37,453 nucleotides of DNA from Aulosira sp. ZfuVER01. GTDB lineage: Bacteria; Cyanobacteriota; Cyanobacteriia; Cyanobacteriales; Nostocaceae. Below the pieces are notes generated by a model. The model worked only from the letters and a program-made list of their open reading frames with translations. It was not told the DNA's origin and did not search any database. A program made the translations under genes and the position numbers. How positions within the stretch are numbered: the first letter of the stretch is position 1; each line of letters opens with the position of its first letter. Positions 1-10,709 of this stretch are shown here, piece by piece. The DNA lies in the NCBI GenBank assembly GCA_034530615.2, contig JAVRCV020000082.1:1-37453 (forward strand), read 5' to 3'.

Positions 1-1899
1 CCAGTTGAATTTCTGACTATTTTTCTTTCCCTGAAGTAACAAAAGAGGGATAAGTGCATCATCGCCTGCTAGATGTCCATGAGTATCGTTGTAAAGCTTA
101 AAACAATCCACATCACACAAAATCAAAGATAAAGAGGCTTGCTCTCGTGCTAACCGTTGCCACTCCGCTTTGAGTGTGTCATCAAAGCAGCGGCGATTTG
201 CTACTTGCGTTAGACCATCCGAAGCCGCAAGACGCTGTAATTCTTGGTTTGCTTGTTGTAATTGGTGGTAGAGTTCCGATTGCTGAATTGCGATCGCAGC
301 TTGACCTGCTAGCTGGTGAAATAAGTTAATCTCTGATTGCTGCCATTGTCTGGTATGACTGCATTGGTGCGCTATTAATAGTCCCCACAAACGTTCTTGT
401 TGCAAGATGGGTACCACAAGGTTGGCTCGGATTTGCAAACTCCGCAATAACTCAACATGACAAGGTGATAGTCCTTCAGTTTCAATGTTGGCGATCGCTC
501 TAGTATTACCTTGTTGGTAATAAGCTGCATGGGTAGATTGAAAGCACGTATCCATCACGTGAAATCCCAGAATGGACATACACCCTTGGGCTAAAGATTC
601 AACAGCAACTACCCCACTCCAGTCTGGTTCAAACTGGTAGATTACCACGCGGTCTACTTCAAACAGTTGTCGTACTTCGGTGGCGGTAGTTTGTAAAATC
701 TCCTCTAACTCCAAAGATTGTCGGATGCGCTGCGTCACAGCAGCGACGATGCGCTCAGACTCACTTTGATGTTGCACGCGCTGCTCAATCTCCTGACACA
801 CACTCACCATACTTACATCAAAGTTAGGGGTTGTAACAGCAGGGACAGCACTGGGTTTAGCAATCAAATAACCTTGAGCAAAAGTTGCACCGCGTTCTCG
901 CAGCCAGTTTAGTTCCTCAATGCATTCAATTCCTTCAGCTACAGTACGGATGTCTAACTTTTGCGCAATCTCCAGAAGCTTCTCGGTAATTGAGGCTTTG
1001 TACAAGTTTTGATGCACATCTCGAATTAAATCCATGTCCAACTTAATAAAGTCTGGACGTAACTGATGTAATAAGTTCAGACTGGAATAGCCAGAACCCA
1101 GGTCATCAAGGGCGACTAAAAACCCAGCATCTCGGTAGAATTGGAGTACTGCTTGGAGGTGGGTTAAATCTTGCGGATTGTCTGACTCCACGACTTCAAA
1201 GACAACCCGTTCATGGGAAATGCCTGCTCGATCGATGGCTTCTACTGTACTCCGCAGGCAAGAAACAGGGTCATAAAGCGCTGTAGGTGCAAAATTGATG
1301 AAGATGTGCCCATTCACTTGATGGCGGTTGAATTCAGCGATCGTGCTGAGGCGGGCAATGCGGTCGAGTTGCGGTAAGAGTCCGGCTTCCTTGGCTAACT
1401 CTAGAATTGGCCCTGGCGATAATAAATTACCTTGTTCATCCAGTCCCCGCAACAGCGATTCATATCCATAAATCTGGGATGTATCTTGAATTGAGACTAT
1501 GGGTTGAAAGTAACTGGTAAATCGTTCCGTTGCCAGCATATCAACCAGCCAGTCGGACTGGTTGTATTTAATGAAGCGTTGCAATGAAGCAATATCACTA
1601 AAATCTTGGAGTTGAGGTTGGATAGCACCTCGAATAAACAGGACTTGCGTCTCTTTGAGTTCTCTTGGTGCAAGTAGTTGGGCTAAGTTACGGGCAATTT
1701 CTTGGGCTTGTCCAGGTTTACAGTCTAAACTCAAACCAGGTCGCTCGTGCATCAGTTCATACTCTAAATTTAACTGCTGTAGGTAGGTAGTAACTTTTTT
1801 GAGAGTATGTGGAACAGGGAACCAAAGAAAGATTCTGCCAGCTTCCCCAGTTTGGCAGCGTTTAACGTTACGACAAGCACAAGTCTTAGAGATACTCAT
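1..1899 (-). CDS. EAL domain + DXCF-type cyanobacteriochrome GAF + GGDEF protein (open at left edge; GGDEF apparently interrupted at ~nt 52)
   Basis: Manual translation from ATG at 1899 ([15 protein letters not shown]...) is open to nt 1, so it is absent from the ORF track. EAL motifs: [45 protein letters not shown]...MDTCF (541-552)...SPCH (457-462)...[15 protein letters not shown] start: [13 protein letters not shown]...[21 protein letters not shown]. Confidence 0.9.
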   Translation of the reverse strand, partial: MSISKTCACRNVKRCQTGEAGRIFLWFPVPHTLKKVTTYLQQLNLEYELMHERPGLSLDCKPGQAQEIARNLAQLLAPRELKETQVLFIRGAIQPQLQDFSDIASLQRFIKYNQSDWLVDMLATERFTSYFQPIVSIQDTSQIYGYESLLRGLDEQGNLLSPGPILELAKEAGLLPQLDRIARLSTIAEFNRHQVNGHIFINFAPTALYDPVSCLRSTVEAIDRAGISHERVVFEVVESDNPQDLTHLQAVLQFYRDAGFLVALDDLGSGYSSLNLLHQLRPDFIKLDMDLIRDVHQNLYKASITEKLLEIAQKLDIRTVAEGIECIEELNWLRERGATFAQGYLIAKPSAVPAVTTPNFDVSMVSVCQEIEQRVQHQSESERIVAAVTQRIRQSLELEEILQTTATEVRQLFEVDRVVIYQFEPDWSGVVAVESLAQGCMSILGFHVMDTCFQSTHAAYYQQGNTRAIANIETEGLSPCHVELLRSLQIRANLVVPILQQERLWGLLIAHQCSHTRQWQQSEINLFHQLAGQAAIAIQQSELYHQLQQANQELQRLAASDGLTQVANRRCFDDTLKAEWQRLAREQASLSLILCDVDCFKLYNDTHGHLAGDDALIPLLLLQGKKNSQKFNW

Positions 1900-2135
1900 T
1901 AGTAACTACCTTACTCAACCTGATTTACTTTAGTATTCCCACCACTCTTTTTAGAAAAAATAAACCACACTCCAACTCTTTAAAGATTTGATGAGTTCAA
2001 TAAATTAGGTATTTAGCTTGGTTTCTCTAGCTTTAGGCGAACTATCGACAACGATCAAATATATCAGCAGCAGCATCAGATGGCACTCTCTCCTGAAGCT
2101 CGGATCTGATGTCCAAATGATCCACCACTGCGAGT

Positions 2136-5100
2136 TCAAGGCGCAAGGGATAAGGTGAAGTAAAAGGTTGCACCTCGATCAACTGCTGCTTCAGCCCAGA
2201 TGCGCCCGCCGTGGCGTTGAATAATGCGTTGTACGATCGCCAATCCGATCCCTGTACCTTCAAACTCTTGTTCGCGATGAAAACGTTGGAATACTCCAAA
2301 CAGGTTATCGGCATAGCGCATATCAAATCCGGCTCCATTATCTCTAATGAAGTACACTCCTTCAGCATCCCTCAGCTCATAGCCGATTTCAATATGGGCA
2401 ATGGATTTGTGACGAGTGTACTTAATCGCATTTGATAATAAGTTGATCCAGACTTGTGTCAGCAAAGAAAAGTCAGCCTGACATACAGGTAGCTCGGCGA
2501 TCGCCAACTCAATCTGACGATCCTTTAAATCCGGGGCTAAATCCTTCAGCACTTGTTGAATCACCTCATTGGGGAAAACAGGCTTTCGGGACATTTCCTG
2601 ACGATCCAAACGGGATAGGTTCAACAGATCCTCAATTAATTCACCCATGCGTTTGGCATTATCCCGCACCATGTTCAAGTAAAGATTGGCTTCCTCATTG
2701 AGTTGCTCACCGTACTCTTGTTGCAAAATTCTCGAAAAGCCAGCGATCGCCCGCAGTGGTGCCCGCAAATCATGGGAAACTGAGTAGGAAAAGGCCTCCA
2801 ACGCTTTATTCGCAGCTTGCAATTGGGCCGTCCGCTCGATTACCCGTTGTTCCAATTCCGCATTAAGTTGGCGGACTTCTGCTTCTACGGCTTTGAGGGC
2901 GCTGATATCTCGGACGATGGTAGAAAAATATTCCACACTACCATCTGTTGCTTTATGAGCAATGATCATTTGGGAAACTGGAATTTCTCTGCCATCTCTG
3001 CTCAACAAAGCTATTTCACCAACCCAAATCCCATCTCGAATCGCCGCTGGTAGTCCCTGATTTTGCAGAATCTCTAGCGCCCACTGGGGATGGTAGTTGG
3101 CGACGCTCAAGGTGGAAAGATCTGTATCTGGGGAAATGCCAAGTAGTTTGCGACACTGAGCATTATTCCAGAGGATATTGCCTTGAGAGTCTGCCATCCC
3201 AACATAGTCGATGGTGGCTTCCAGCATGGCAATTAAGCGATCGCGGTCTTTCTCCACTCGTTGACGCTCTACAATTTCAGATCGTAAGGATGTATTCAGT
3301 TCTGCCTGCTGCTTTAATAAACGGGCATTGCCAATAGAAATAGCTGCCTGAGTCGAAAGTAAACGCAGAATTTCAATTCGCTCTGGGGTAAATGCACTAG
3401 TGGTGAGATTGTTTTCTAAAAAGACAATTCCAGCCAGTTTTCCCTGGTTCAATAGAGGCGCACAAAGAATCGATTTTGATTGGTGCTGCACAATCCAAGG
3501 TTCAGATTGAAAGTTACCTTCATAAGATGCATTATCGAGGACGATACTTTCCTGAGTGCGAACCACGTAATTGATCAAGGCTGTTGGCAAGTAAGGAGTG
3601 TCATCTGCTGAGATTAATTCCAGGGGAATTGATTGTAAAACGGCTATTTTCTCATTGCCAATCGACCCAATCGCCTCAATTCGCCATTCGTCTTGTGTGG
3701 GTAAAATTAGGTATCCTGTTTGCGCGCCGGCATTTTCAATCAGGATAGTCATTAGTTTTGCCAACAGTTTATCTAAGACAATTTCACTAGCGATCGCTTG
3801 GGAAGCTTTCAACACCGTTTCTAAGTCAAGTGCTTCTAACTTAGTGGAAGCAGATTGTGTAGTGTCAATTTTACTTATGCTATTCCCAACTGCTCGCAAT
3901 TCCAGCAGTTGGGAATAGCGTCTTTCCAAATCTTGGACTTTAGCGGTTGCTCCCCATCTCAAATAAGCGTACCTCGCCTCTTGCAGATAAGTTTTGGCAA
4001 TTGTTATCCGGTTATTTGCCAAATGAAACTTTGCTGAGAGTTCGTTTGCTAGCGCCTCTTCTTGCAGGTATTCGTTCTCCCTCGCCAAGGCGATCGCGCG
4101 ATCGTAGGCATCCATTGCTGGCATTACCTCACCCAACACTCGATGTCTTTCTGCTTCTACTAAGTACCATTTGTGTAGATAGTTCATTGGGGCATGGTGC
4201 GCCCAAAGTTGCATCTTCTGTTGATTATCAGCTACCCGTTGGAGAATCGCTTTTTGCTCCTCCTGATTTACCTGTGGATAGAGCATCAATCGTGCCAGAG
4301 AATCGTAGAAATAGAAGATAGGGAAAACAGCATTCGATCTGCCCCCATCTGGGTAATGTTCTGCTTGATTGGCGTTGTCAACAGCTTGGGGGAAATTCTC
4401 GAAGTAATAGCAAAGAAACAGCTTATTAAAGTAAAGATAAAACAACCCTTTATGATGATTAGCTTGTTGTAGTAAAGGTAATTCTTGCGACTCATCGTAA
4501 GCTTCACCAATCAAAACATGGGGATTCGGTGATGTTTTCATCAAGTTCAAGACTGTCTGTTGATAAACCTTGAGTGCATTGGCATTAGTAGATTCTTTAA
4601 GTTGAGTTAATACTTGGATGTAACTTGCCAATTTCTGCTCCAGTTCGGGCAGGGGCATATCTGTAAAAAAACAATGGTCGCAGTGGTGCAAAATGCTGTA
4701 TGCGGCAAATTCCAAATCTCCCGTCTCAATACCGATTTGGTAAGCTTCCTGTAATGGTTTAATCGTTTCTTTGAGGTGAACATTGCGAAACCGCACAGAG
4801 GTGTTGGCCATGAACAGGGTTTTACAACGGATCGGTAAGTTGCTGGATTTTTCTAGGAGCTTGAGTGCCAACTGGACAAACTGATAGCCCGTTTCAATCT
4901 CTAAACGCACGCTACCCAGAATGTTACTGTATGAGGCATAGACCAAGGCAGAAAGGTCATGATTGCCATACTTAATTGATAAATTCACCATCTCCAGAAT
5001 GATTAGTGGAAATAGTGCCGGGGCTGCTTGGTAGGCTGGAGCCATCAAATTTACCAATAAGCGGATACTAAGGTAAGCAACTGTATCAGTCATTGGCGGC

Positions 5101-7787
5101 AAATCAACCAAATCTTCAATCCGCCTGCCCTGCAAGGTGTGGGCAGTATTGGAGAATGCTTGCTCAATCTCCTTTGCAGTCGGTGCGGCTGGCAAATGCA
5201 CCCCTAATTCCTTTAGAGCCTGAAGACCGATCGCCAGTGCTGACAAAAATTGCATTTGTCCGCAATATGCCTGAATTTTGACCTCATAAACTTTGATTTT
5301 GGCTGCCAGCGATTTGGCATTTTCCACAACTTGGCTAACTAGTTGCTCCATTTGGTCTAGGTTGCCATTGAGGTAAGCTGTTTCTGCTGCCAGACTATAC
5401 AGTGCTAGAGCTAGTTCATACTGAGTCTGCCAGCAATTATCTGCCAACAAATCTAAACCGATTTGGAAGTATCTGAAAGCGGAGTTGTATGCTGTAGAAG
5501 CTTTGGCTTTTTCTCCTGCCATTAAATTTAGTTGAGCCAATTCATCTCGCTCTGACTGGATTTGAATTAGTTCTTTACCTAAATTGAGTTGATTTGTGAT
5601 GTCAAAGATATGCTGCTCTCGCTGTTGAGGAGAAGTTTGCTGGAACAGTTGTTTGCCGATTTGCAGATGAATACCTCGGCGTTCTGATTCAGGAATGAGC
5701 AAATAGGCTGCTTGTTGAATGCGATCGTGAACAAATTTATATTCAATAATAGGGCTGTCGGGGAGTGGCACATCGAACACCACTGATTTGTGAGCATTGC
5801 TCATGGACAGAATCAATCCTTGGGCGATCGCATCTCCTAATGTATGCGCGGTTTCTCTTTGCGATAGTTCAGCCGCAAATGCCAGCATTTCTAGATTAAA
5901 AGAGTTGCCAATGCAAGCAGCTAATCTCAACACTTGCTGCGTTTGAGCATTGAGCTTCTGTATCTTGCCTGCCATCAACTCTACAACATTATCTGTGATT
6001 CCCCGACTTTGAATTTGCTCTATCGACCATTGCCATTTCTTTGTTTGGCGATCGAATTTTACTAACCCTTCGGTGTAGAGAGATTTCAAAAATTCATTCA
6101 TGAAAAAGGGATTACCACCAGTTTTTAATTGCACCAGTTCCGCTAAGGGTAGAGAATCTTCTGGTTGGCAGTGCAATGTATCAGCGATGAGTTGATTAAT
6201 ATCGCTTAGGCTTAATACTGAGAGCGACAGTTGGTTTACCACTCCTTCACCCTGCCGAATTTCCGCCATTGTCTGGATTAGGGGATGAGCTGCATTTACC
6301 TCGTTATCTCGGTATGCCCCAATTAACAACAACGATCGCCCCACGATAGCTAGCAGTTGAATCAGCTTCAGCGAGGCATTATCTACCCACTGGAGATCGT
6401 CCAAAAAAATTACGAGGGGATGTTCTTTTTGAGTAAAGACGCGAATGAAATTTTGAAAGACTTGGTTAAAGCGATTTTGAGATTCTGTCGGCGGTAGAAC
6501 AGGTACATCTGGTTGATTTCCCACAATCAATTCCAATGCTGGAATTACCTGAGTAATCACCCGACTGTTGGCACCGAGGGCAGCTAAAAGCTTTTCTCGC
6601 CACTGACTCAAGCGCTTTTCATCTTCAGTCAGCAATTGTTTTATTAGTGAATCAAAAGCTTGGGCGATCGCAAAGTAAGGAATATCACGCTGATACTGGT
6701 CAAATTTGCCCGAAACAAAATAGCCCCGTTGTTGTGTAATTGGCTTATAAATTTCCTGCACCAATACTGATTTACCAATACCGGAATATCCAGCAACTAA
6801 CATCATTTCAACTTGGTTTGTCTCACCATCTTCACCTGCTACTCTGGCAAAAGCAGCTAATAACATCTCAACTTCTTTTTCTCTGCCATAGAGTTTTTCA
6901 GGGATATGAAAGCGATCGGAAATATCCTGTTGCGCTAAGGGAAATAACTCAATTCTTTCCTTGTGTTGTAGCTGAATAAGACATCGTTCTAAATCAGTTT
7001 TAATTCCCCAGGCACTTTGATATCGCTCCTCCGCTGTTTTCGCTAAAAGTTTCAGAATAATTTCGGAAACTATCACCGGAATTTCTGGATTTATCAAATG
7101 AGGTGGAACAGGTTCCAGAGCCAGGTGATAATGAATCAACTCTAGGGTATCGCTAGCTGCAAATGGCAGTCGATGGGTTAACAGTTCATATAAAGTAGCA
7201 CCCAGAGAGTAAAAGTCAGTTCGATAGTCCAGAGAACGGTTCATTCTGCCTGTCTGCTCTGGAGATATGTAAGCCAGTGTTCCTTCTAATACTGTGGGAT
7301 TTCTGAGAGTTAATGTTTCCCGTAATAGGTCAGTTGCAATCCCAAAGTCAATAATTTTAAGTTGTTGTGTTTTTGGATTGAAAACAATATTAGATGGGTT
7401 GATATCTTTATGAATAATCTTTGCGGTATGAATATCACTTAAACTTTTAGTTATCTGAACAGCTAACTTTAAAAACTCCATTAAAGTAAATTTTGTTGTA
7501 CTTATGATTTTAGCTAAAGATTCCCCGCCAAAATCCTCCATAATGATTGCAAAAGTACTTTGATATTGCTGCAAACTGTAAGCCTGGATGACACCTTCTA
7601 ATGACAAGCTACGGGTAATTTCGTATTCGAGTTTATATCGCGTGATTTCCTCTGGGGTGGGGTAAGCTTTCTTCAAAATCTTGAAGATTATTGGCAAACT
7701 ATCCCGTTCACGAATCCCTCGATAGACTTGTGAATTAGCACTTTCATGGATTTTAGTCTGAATTTGATAACCAGGGATTTTCAACAT
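2136..7787 (-). CDS. HstK-type hybrid: Ser/Thr kinase + STAND-like AAA ATPase + helical/TPR-like region + GAF + PAS + histidine kinase
   Basis: Kinase motifs HKDINPSN, DFG, GTLAYISPEQTGR. Walker A GYSGIGKS, Walker B VIFLDD. GAF KSILCAPLLNQG. PAS ending STIVRDIS. H-box SYSVSHDLRAPLRAI, N-box NLLSNAIKY, DNGAGF, GTGIGLA. ATG at 7787 preferred over the upstream start at 7844. Confidence 0.93.
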   Translation of the reverse strand: MLKIPGYQIQTKIHESANSQVYRGIRERDSLPIIFKILKKAYPTPEEITRYKLEYEITRSLSLEGVIQAYSLQQYQSTFAIIMEDFGGESLAKIISTTKFTLMEFLKLAVQITKSLSDIHTAKIIHKDINPSNIVFNPKTQQLKIIDFGIATDLLRETLTLRNPTVLEGTLAYISPEQTGRMNRSLDYRTDFYSLGATLYELLTHRLPFAASDTLELIHYHLALEPVPPHLINPEIPVIVSEIILKLLAKTAEERYQSAWGIKTDLERCLIQLQHKERIELFPLAQQDISDRFHIPEKLYGREKEVEMLLAAFARVAGEDGETNQVEMMLVAGYSGIGKSVLVQEIYKPITQQRGYFVSGKFDQYQRDIPYFAIAQAFDSLIKQLLTEDEKRLSQWREKLLAALGANSRVITQVIPALELIVGNQPDVPVLPPTESQNRFNQVFQNFIRVFTQKEHPLVIFLDDLQWVDNASLKLIQLLAIVGRSLLLIGAYRDNEVNAAHPLIQTMAEIRQGEGVVNQLSLSVLSLSDINQLIADTLHCQPEDSLPLAELVQLKTGGNPFFMNEFLKSLYTEGLVKFDRQTKKWQWSIEQIQSRGITDNVVELMAGKIQKLNAQTQQVLRLAACIGNSFNLEMLAFAAELSQRETAHTLGDAIAQGLILSMSNAHKSVVFDVPLPDSPIIEYKFVHDRIQQAAYLLIPESERRGIHLQIGKQLFQQTSPQQREQHIFDITNQLNLGKELIQIQSERDELAQLNLMAGEKAKASTAYNSAFRYFQIGLDLLADNCWQTQYELALALYSLAAETAYLNGNLDQMEQLVSQVVENAKSLAAKIKVYEVKIQAYCGQMQFLSALAIGLQALKELGVHLPAAPTAKEIEQAFSNTAHTLQGRRIEDLVDLPPMTDTVAYLSIRLLVNLMAPAYQAAPALFPLIILEMVNLSIKYGNHDLSALVYASYSNILGSVRLEIETGYQFVQLALKLLEKSSNLPIRCKTLFMANTSVRFRNVHLKETIKPLQEAYQIGIETGDLEFAAYSILHHCDHCFFTDMPLPELEQKLASYIQVLTQLKESTNANALKVYQQTVLNLMKTSPNPHVLIGEAYDESQELPLLQQANHHKGLFYLYFNKLFLCYYFENFPQAVDNANQAEHYPDGGRSNAVFPIFYFYDSLARLMLYPQVNQEEQKAILQRVADNQQKMQLWAHHAPMNYLHKWYLVEAERHRVLGEVMPAMDAYDRAIALARENEYLQEEALANELSAKFHLANNRITIAKTYLQEARYAYLRWGATAKVQDLERRYSQLLELRAVGNSISKIDTTQSASTKLEALDLETVLKASQAIASEIVLDKLLAKLMTILIENAGAQTGYLILPTQDEWRIEAIGSIGNEKIAVLQSIPLELISADDTPYLPTALINYVVRTQESIVLDNASYEGNFQSEPWIVQHQSKSILCAPLLNQGKLAGIVFLENNLTTSAFTPERIEILRLLSTQAAISIGNARLLKQQAELNTSLRSEIVERQRVEKDRDRLIAMLEATIDYVGMADSQGNILWNNAQCRKLLGISPDTDLSTLSVANYHPQWALEILQNQGLPAAIRDGIWVGEIALLSRDGREIPVSQMIIAHKATDGSVEYFSTIVRDISALKAVEAEVRQLNAELEQRVIERTAQLQAANKALEAFSYSVSHDLRAPLRAIAGFSRILQQEYGEQLNEEANLYLNMVRDNAKRMGELIEDLLNLSRLDRQEMSRKPVFPNEVIQQVLKDLAPDLKDRQIELAIAELPVCQADFSLLTQVWINLLSNAIKYTRHKSIAHIEIGYELRDAEGVYFIRDNGAGFDMRYADNLFGVFQRFHREQEFEGTGIGLAIVQRIIQRHGGRIWAEAAVDRGATFYFTLSLAP

Positions 7788-8080
7788 GGTTAAACAGCCT
7801 TCAATAAGTATATTTAGGGAGAAAGCTGGGTAGACTTTACACACAAATTTTACAATAGCTGAACTTCTAATTAAGCCATTTACTGGTACTAGGGGTATTC
7901 TTGAGTGAACTGAGCAGGTAGGAGAGATGAGCTAACCACTTGAACGCTCGTTTAGTCGCACTAGTTTACAAATTGTTGCCTTATTTTTTGGCAATATTCG
8001 TTACGTTAGCAGGTAATCGCTGTAATTGGGTATGAAGATGTTGGCTGATTAATCCAAGATTACCAAGGAGACTGTGAGGC

Positions 8081-10603
8081 ATGAACGAACCCTTGAATGT
8101 TCTAATTATTGAAGATTCTGAGGCCGATACTATGTTAGTTCTCTATGAGCTGCGTTTCGGTGGTTTCAGTCCCATCTGGCAGCGTGTTCAAACTGCCCAA
8201 GAATTACATACAGCTCTTGATAACAGTACCTGGGATGTCATCATTTCGGATTATCGATTACCTGAATTCAATGCTCCTGCGGCTTTAGAAATAGTAAAGC
8301 ATAGTCAGAAAAATATTCCTTTCATTCTAGTTTCCGGTGCAATCGGCGAAGTACTTGCTGTGGAAATGATGAAAGCAGGTGCTCATGATTATGTAATGAA
8401 AGATAATTTAAACCGATTGCCAGAGGCAGTACGTCGAGAAGTTCGAGATGCACAGGTACGAGCAGAGCACAAACAAGCCCAAGCAGAACTAGAAAATCAA
8501 AGAATATTCCTGCGGCAAGTCTTTAATCTCGTTCCTAATAGTATTTTTGTCAAGGATACTCAAGGTCGTTTTGTCACTATTAGCCAAGCAGGAGCAGCTG
8601 GCTATGGAGTGAAGGTTGAGGAAATTATTGGTAAGTGGGAAAATCAGTTTACTAATATTGCCCACGAACAGATGGAGCAGTATTTAATCAATAATCAAGA
8701 GACAATTCAGATTGGGCAGCGACAAATTTATCCTAGCCAAGCGATTGTCAACAAACAAGGAGAAGTCCGTTGGTATAAAACAATTGTAGAACCTTTTGTA
8801 GATTTCCAAGGTGTGGTGCAGGGAGTTATCGGTTCTGCAACAGATATTACTGATATTAAACAAGCAGAAGCAGCATTACAGCATAGCCAAAAGTTACTAC
8901 AAACATTAGCGTCGAATATACCCGGAATGATTTACTCCTTTGTGCAGCATTCTGATGGTTCTGCTGCCTTTGAGTACATCAGTTTGGGATGTAAAGATTT
9001 GCTAGAGTTAACGCCAGAGCAAGTTTTAGAAAATGCTTCTCTTTACTTTGCACAAATTCATATTGAAGATCGTGCAGGGTATGACGCGGCGCTCAAGCAG
9101 AGCGCTCAAACTTTAAAACCATTGGCTTACGAGTGGCGATTAGTTACACCCTCTGGCAAACTCAAGTGGGTACAGGTAAACGCTCGTCCAGAGTATCGAG
9201 ATCGTGGGGATATTGTCTGGCATGGTGTTTTATTAGATGTGAGCGAACGGCAAGCCGCGCTTCACGAACGCAAACAGGTACAAGAATTGATTATTCACAA
9301 CGCCTTGCACGATCCATTAACGGGTTTGCCAAATCGCACATTGTTAGCAGAGCGGCTGGAATTAGCAATTAACCAAGCTAAACGATTGGAAAGCTATGGT
9401 TATGCTGTCTTGTTTCTAGATCTAGATCGATTCAAAGTAATCAATGATAGTCTTGGGCACTTAGCTGGAGATGAATTACTTAAAAATATTGCTCAGAAAC
9501 TAAAAACTCATCTGCGGGAGACTGATGTAGTCGCTCGACTGGGTGGTGATGAATTTGTAATCTTGCTGGAAGATATTTCTTGTATTGAAAAAGCCATTCA
9601 AATTACCGAACGGATATTAACAGATTTTCAAACACCATTACTAGTTAATGATTCCGAATTAGTTATTAGTGCAAGCATCGGTATTGTGTTAGGAACAAAG
9701 AACTATCATCAACCCTCCGATTTACTGCGAAATGCCGATATTGCCATGTATCGAGCCAAAGCTCAAGGGAGAAATTCTTATAAAATTTTTGATTTAGAAA
9801 TGCACGCTCAAGCCATAAATCAACTAACTCTAGAAACCGATCTCCGGAAGGCGATCGAACGGCAAGAGTTTATGGTGTATTATCAACCTATTATTGACAT
9901 ATTTAGCGAGCGGCTAATTGGATTTGAGGCATTGGTGCGCTGGCAACACCCAACTCGCGGGTTAATTTTGCCGGGGGAATTTATTTCTCTAGCTGAAGAA
10001 ACTGGATTAATTGTGCAGATAGATCGCTGGATGTTTTACACAGCTTGCCAACATTTAGCGAACTGGAAAGCAAAGTTTGCTAGTGACTTACTGCTCAAAA
10101 TTAATATTAACATTTCTGCCCAAGATATTCGCAATTCTAGCTTCATTGAAGACATCGATCAAACGCTAGCTCAAACAGGTTTAGCCGGCGATTCCATAGC
10201 CATAGAAATTACCGAAAGTATGCTAATTGATAATATCTCTAAGACAATTGATTTATTAAATGAATTAAAAACTAGAAAAATTCAGATTAGCATTGATGAC
10301 TTTGGTACTAGTTATTCATCGCTCAACTATCTTCATCGCTTACCTGCTGATAATTTGAAGATCGATCGCTCCTTTGTGAGTCAAATGCAGCAAGGAAATC
10401 GTAATTATCAGGTCGTTAGTACCATCATTGCTTTGAGTAATCAACTCGGACTAGCTGTTGTTGCAGAAGGTATCGAAACACCTCAACAACTTCAATGGTT
10501 ACAACAACTTAAATGCGAATTCGGTCAAGGGTATTTGTTCTCCAAACCTCTAAGCCACGAGACAGCAGAAGCACTTCTGGCAAATAAAAGTTTGTGGTTT
10601 TAG
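8081..10603 (+). CDS. Response regulator REC-PAS-PAS-GGDEF-EAL (c-di-GMP cyclase/phosphodiesterase)
   Basis: REC: LIIEDS, IISDY, YVMKD. Two PAS domains. HDPLTGLPNR, RETD I-site, RLGGDEF. FEALVRW, DDFGTSYSS, AEGIE, GQGY. SD-like AAGGAG upstream of the ATG. Confidence 0.95.
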   Translation: MNEPLNVLIIEDSEADTMLVLYELRFGGFSPIWQRVQTAQELHTALDNSTWDVIISDYRLPEFNAPAALEIVKHSQKNIPFILVSGAIGEVLAVEMMKAGAHDYVMKDNLNRLPEAVRREVRDAQVRAEHKQAQAELENQRIFLRQVFNLVPNSIFVKDTQGRFVTISQAGAAGYGVKVEEIIGKWENQFTNIAHEQMEQYLINNQETIQIGQRQIYPSQAIVNKQGEVRWYKTIVEPFVDFQGVVQGVIGSATDITDIKQAEAALQHSQKLLQTLASNIPGMIYSFVQHSDGSAAFEYISLGCKDLLELTPEQVLENASLYFAQIHIEDRAGYDAALKQSAQTLKPLAYEWRLVTPSGKLKWVQVNARPEYRDRGDIVWHGVLLDVSERQAALHERKQVQELIIHNALHDPLTGLPNRTLLAERLELAINQAKRLESYGYAVLFLDLDRFKVINDSLGHLAGDELLKNIAQKLKTHLRETDVVARLGGDEFVILLEDISCIEKAIQITERILTDFQTPLLVNDSELVISASIGIVLGTKNYHQPSDLLRNADIAMYRAKAQGRNSYKIFDLEMHAQAINQLTLETDLRKAIERQEFMVYYQPIIDIFSERLIGFEALVRWQHPTRGLILPGEFISLAEETGLIVQIDRWMFYTACQHLANWKAKFASDLLLKININISAQDIRNSSFIEDIDQTLAQTGLAGDSIAIEITESMLIDNISKTIDLLNELKTRKIQISIDDFGTSYSSLNYLHRLPADNLKIDRSFVSQMQQGNRNYQVVSTIIALSNQLGLAVVAEGIETPQQLQWLQQLKCEFGQGYLFSKPLSHETAEALLANKSLWF
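9244..9270 (+). repeat. Probable 21-nt in-frame SDR-like insertion bounded by direct repeat CGAACG
   Basis: CGAACG at 9244-9249 and 9265-9270, 21 nt apart. The protein reads DVSERQAALHERKQ where the related PAS in the next gene ends DISDRKR. Confidence 0.55.
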
Positions 10604-10638
10604 TGCTGATGCCGTTGGTGAATTCAATTCATGACAAC

Positions 10639-10675
10639 CCCTTAGAATAAGCCTACAAGCTGGGTACTCTAAGGG
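10639..10675. promoter_or_regulatory. Imperfect inverted repeat between co-oriented genes (possible RNA hairpin)
   Basis: CCCTTAGAATA (10639-10649) pairs with TACTCTAAGGG (10665-10675) at 10 of 11 positions. No U-tract follows. Confidence 0.35.
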
Positions 10676-10709
10676 ATATATTTCTCGCAGGTTACTCTGA
10701 GGGTTGGAA

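Noticed and set aside
2074..2111. Inverted repeat CATCAGAT...ATCTGATG
   Set aside because: 8-bp arms with a 22-nt loop and no U-tract, so likely chance.
718..7000. Short ORF-track entries overlapping the EAL-CBCR gene and hybrid kinase 1 (e.g. 718-912, 2042-2368, 3598-3918)
   Set aside because: Antisense or alternate-frame shadows of long motif-rich genes, with no recognisable motifs.
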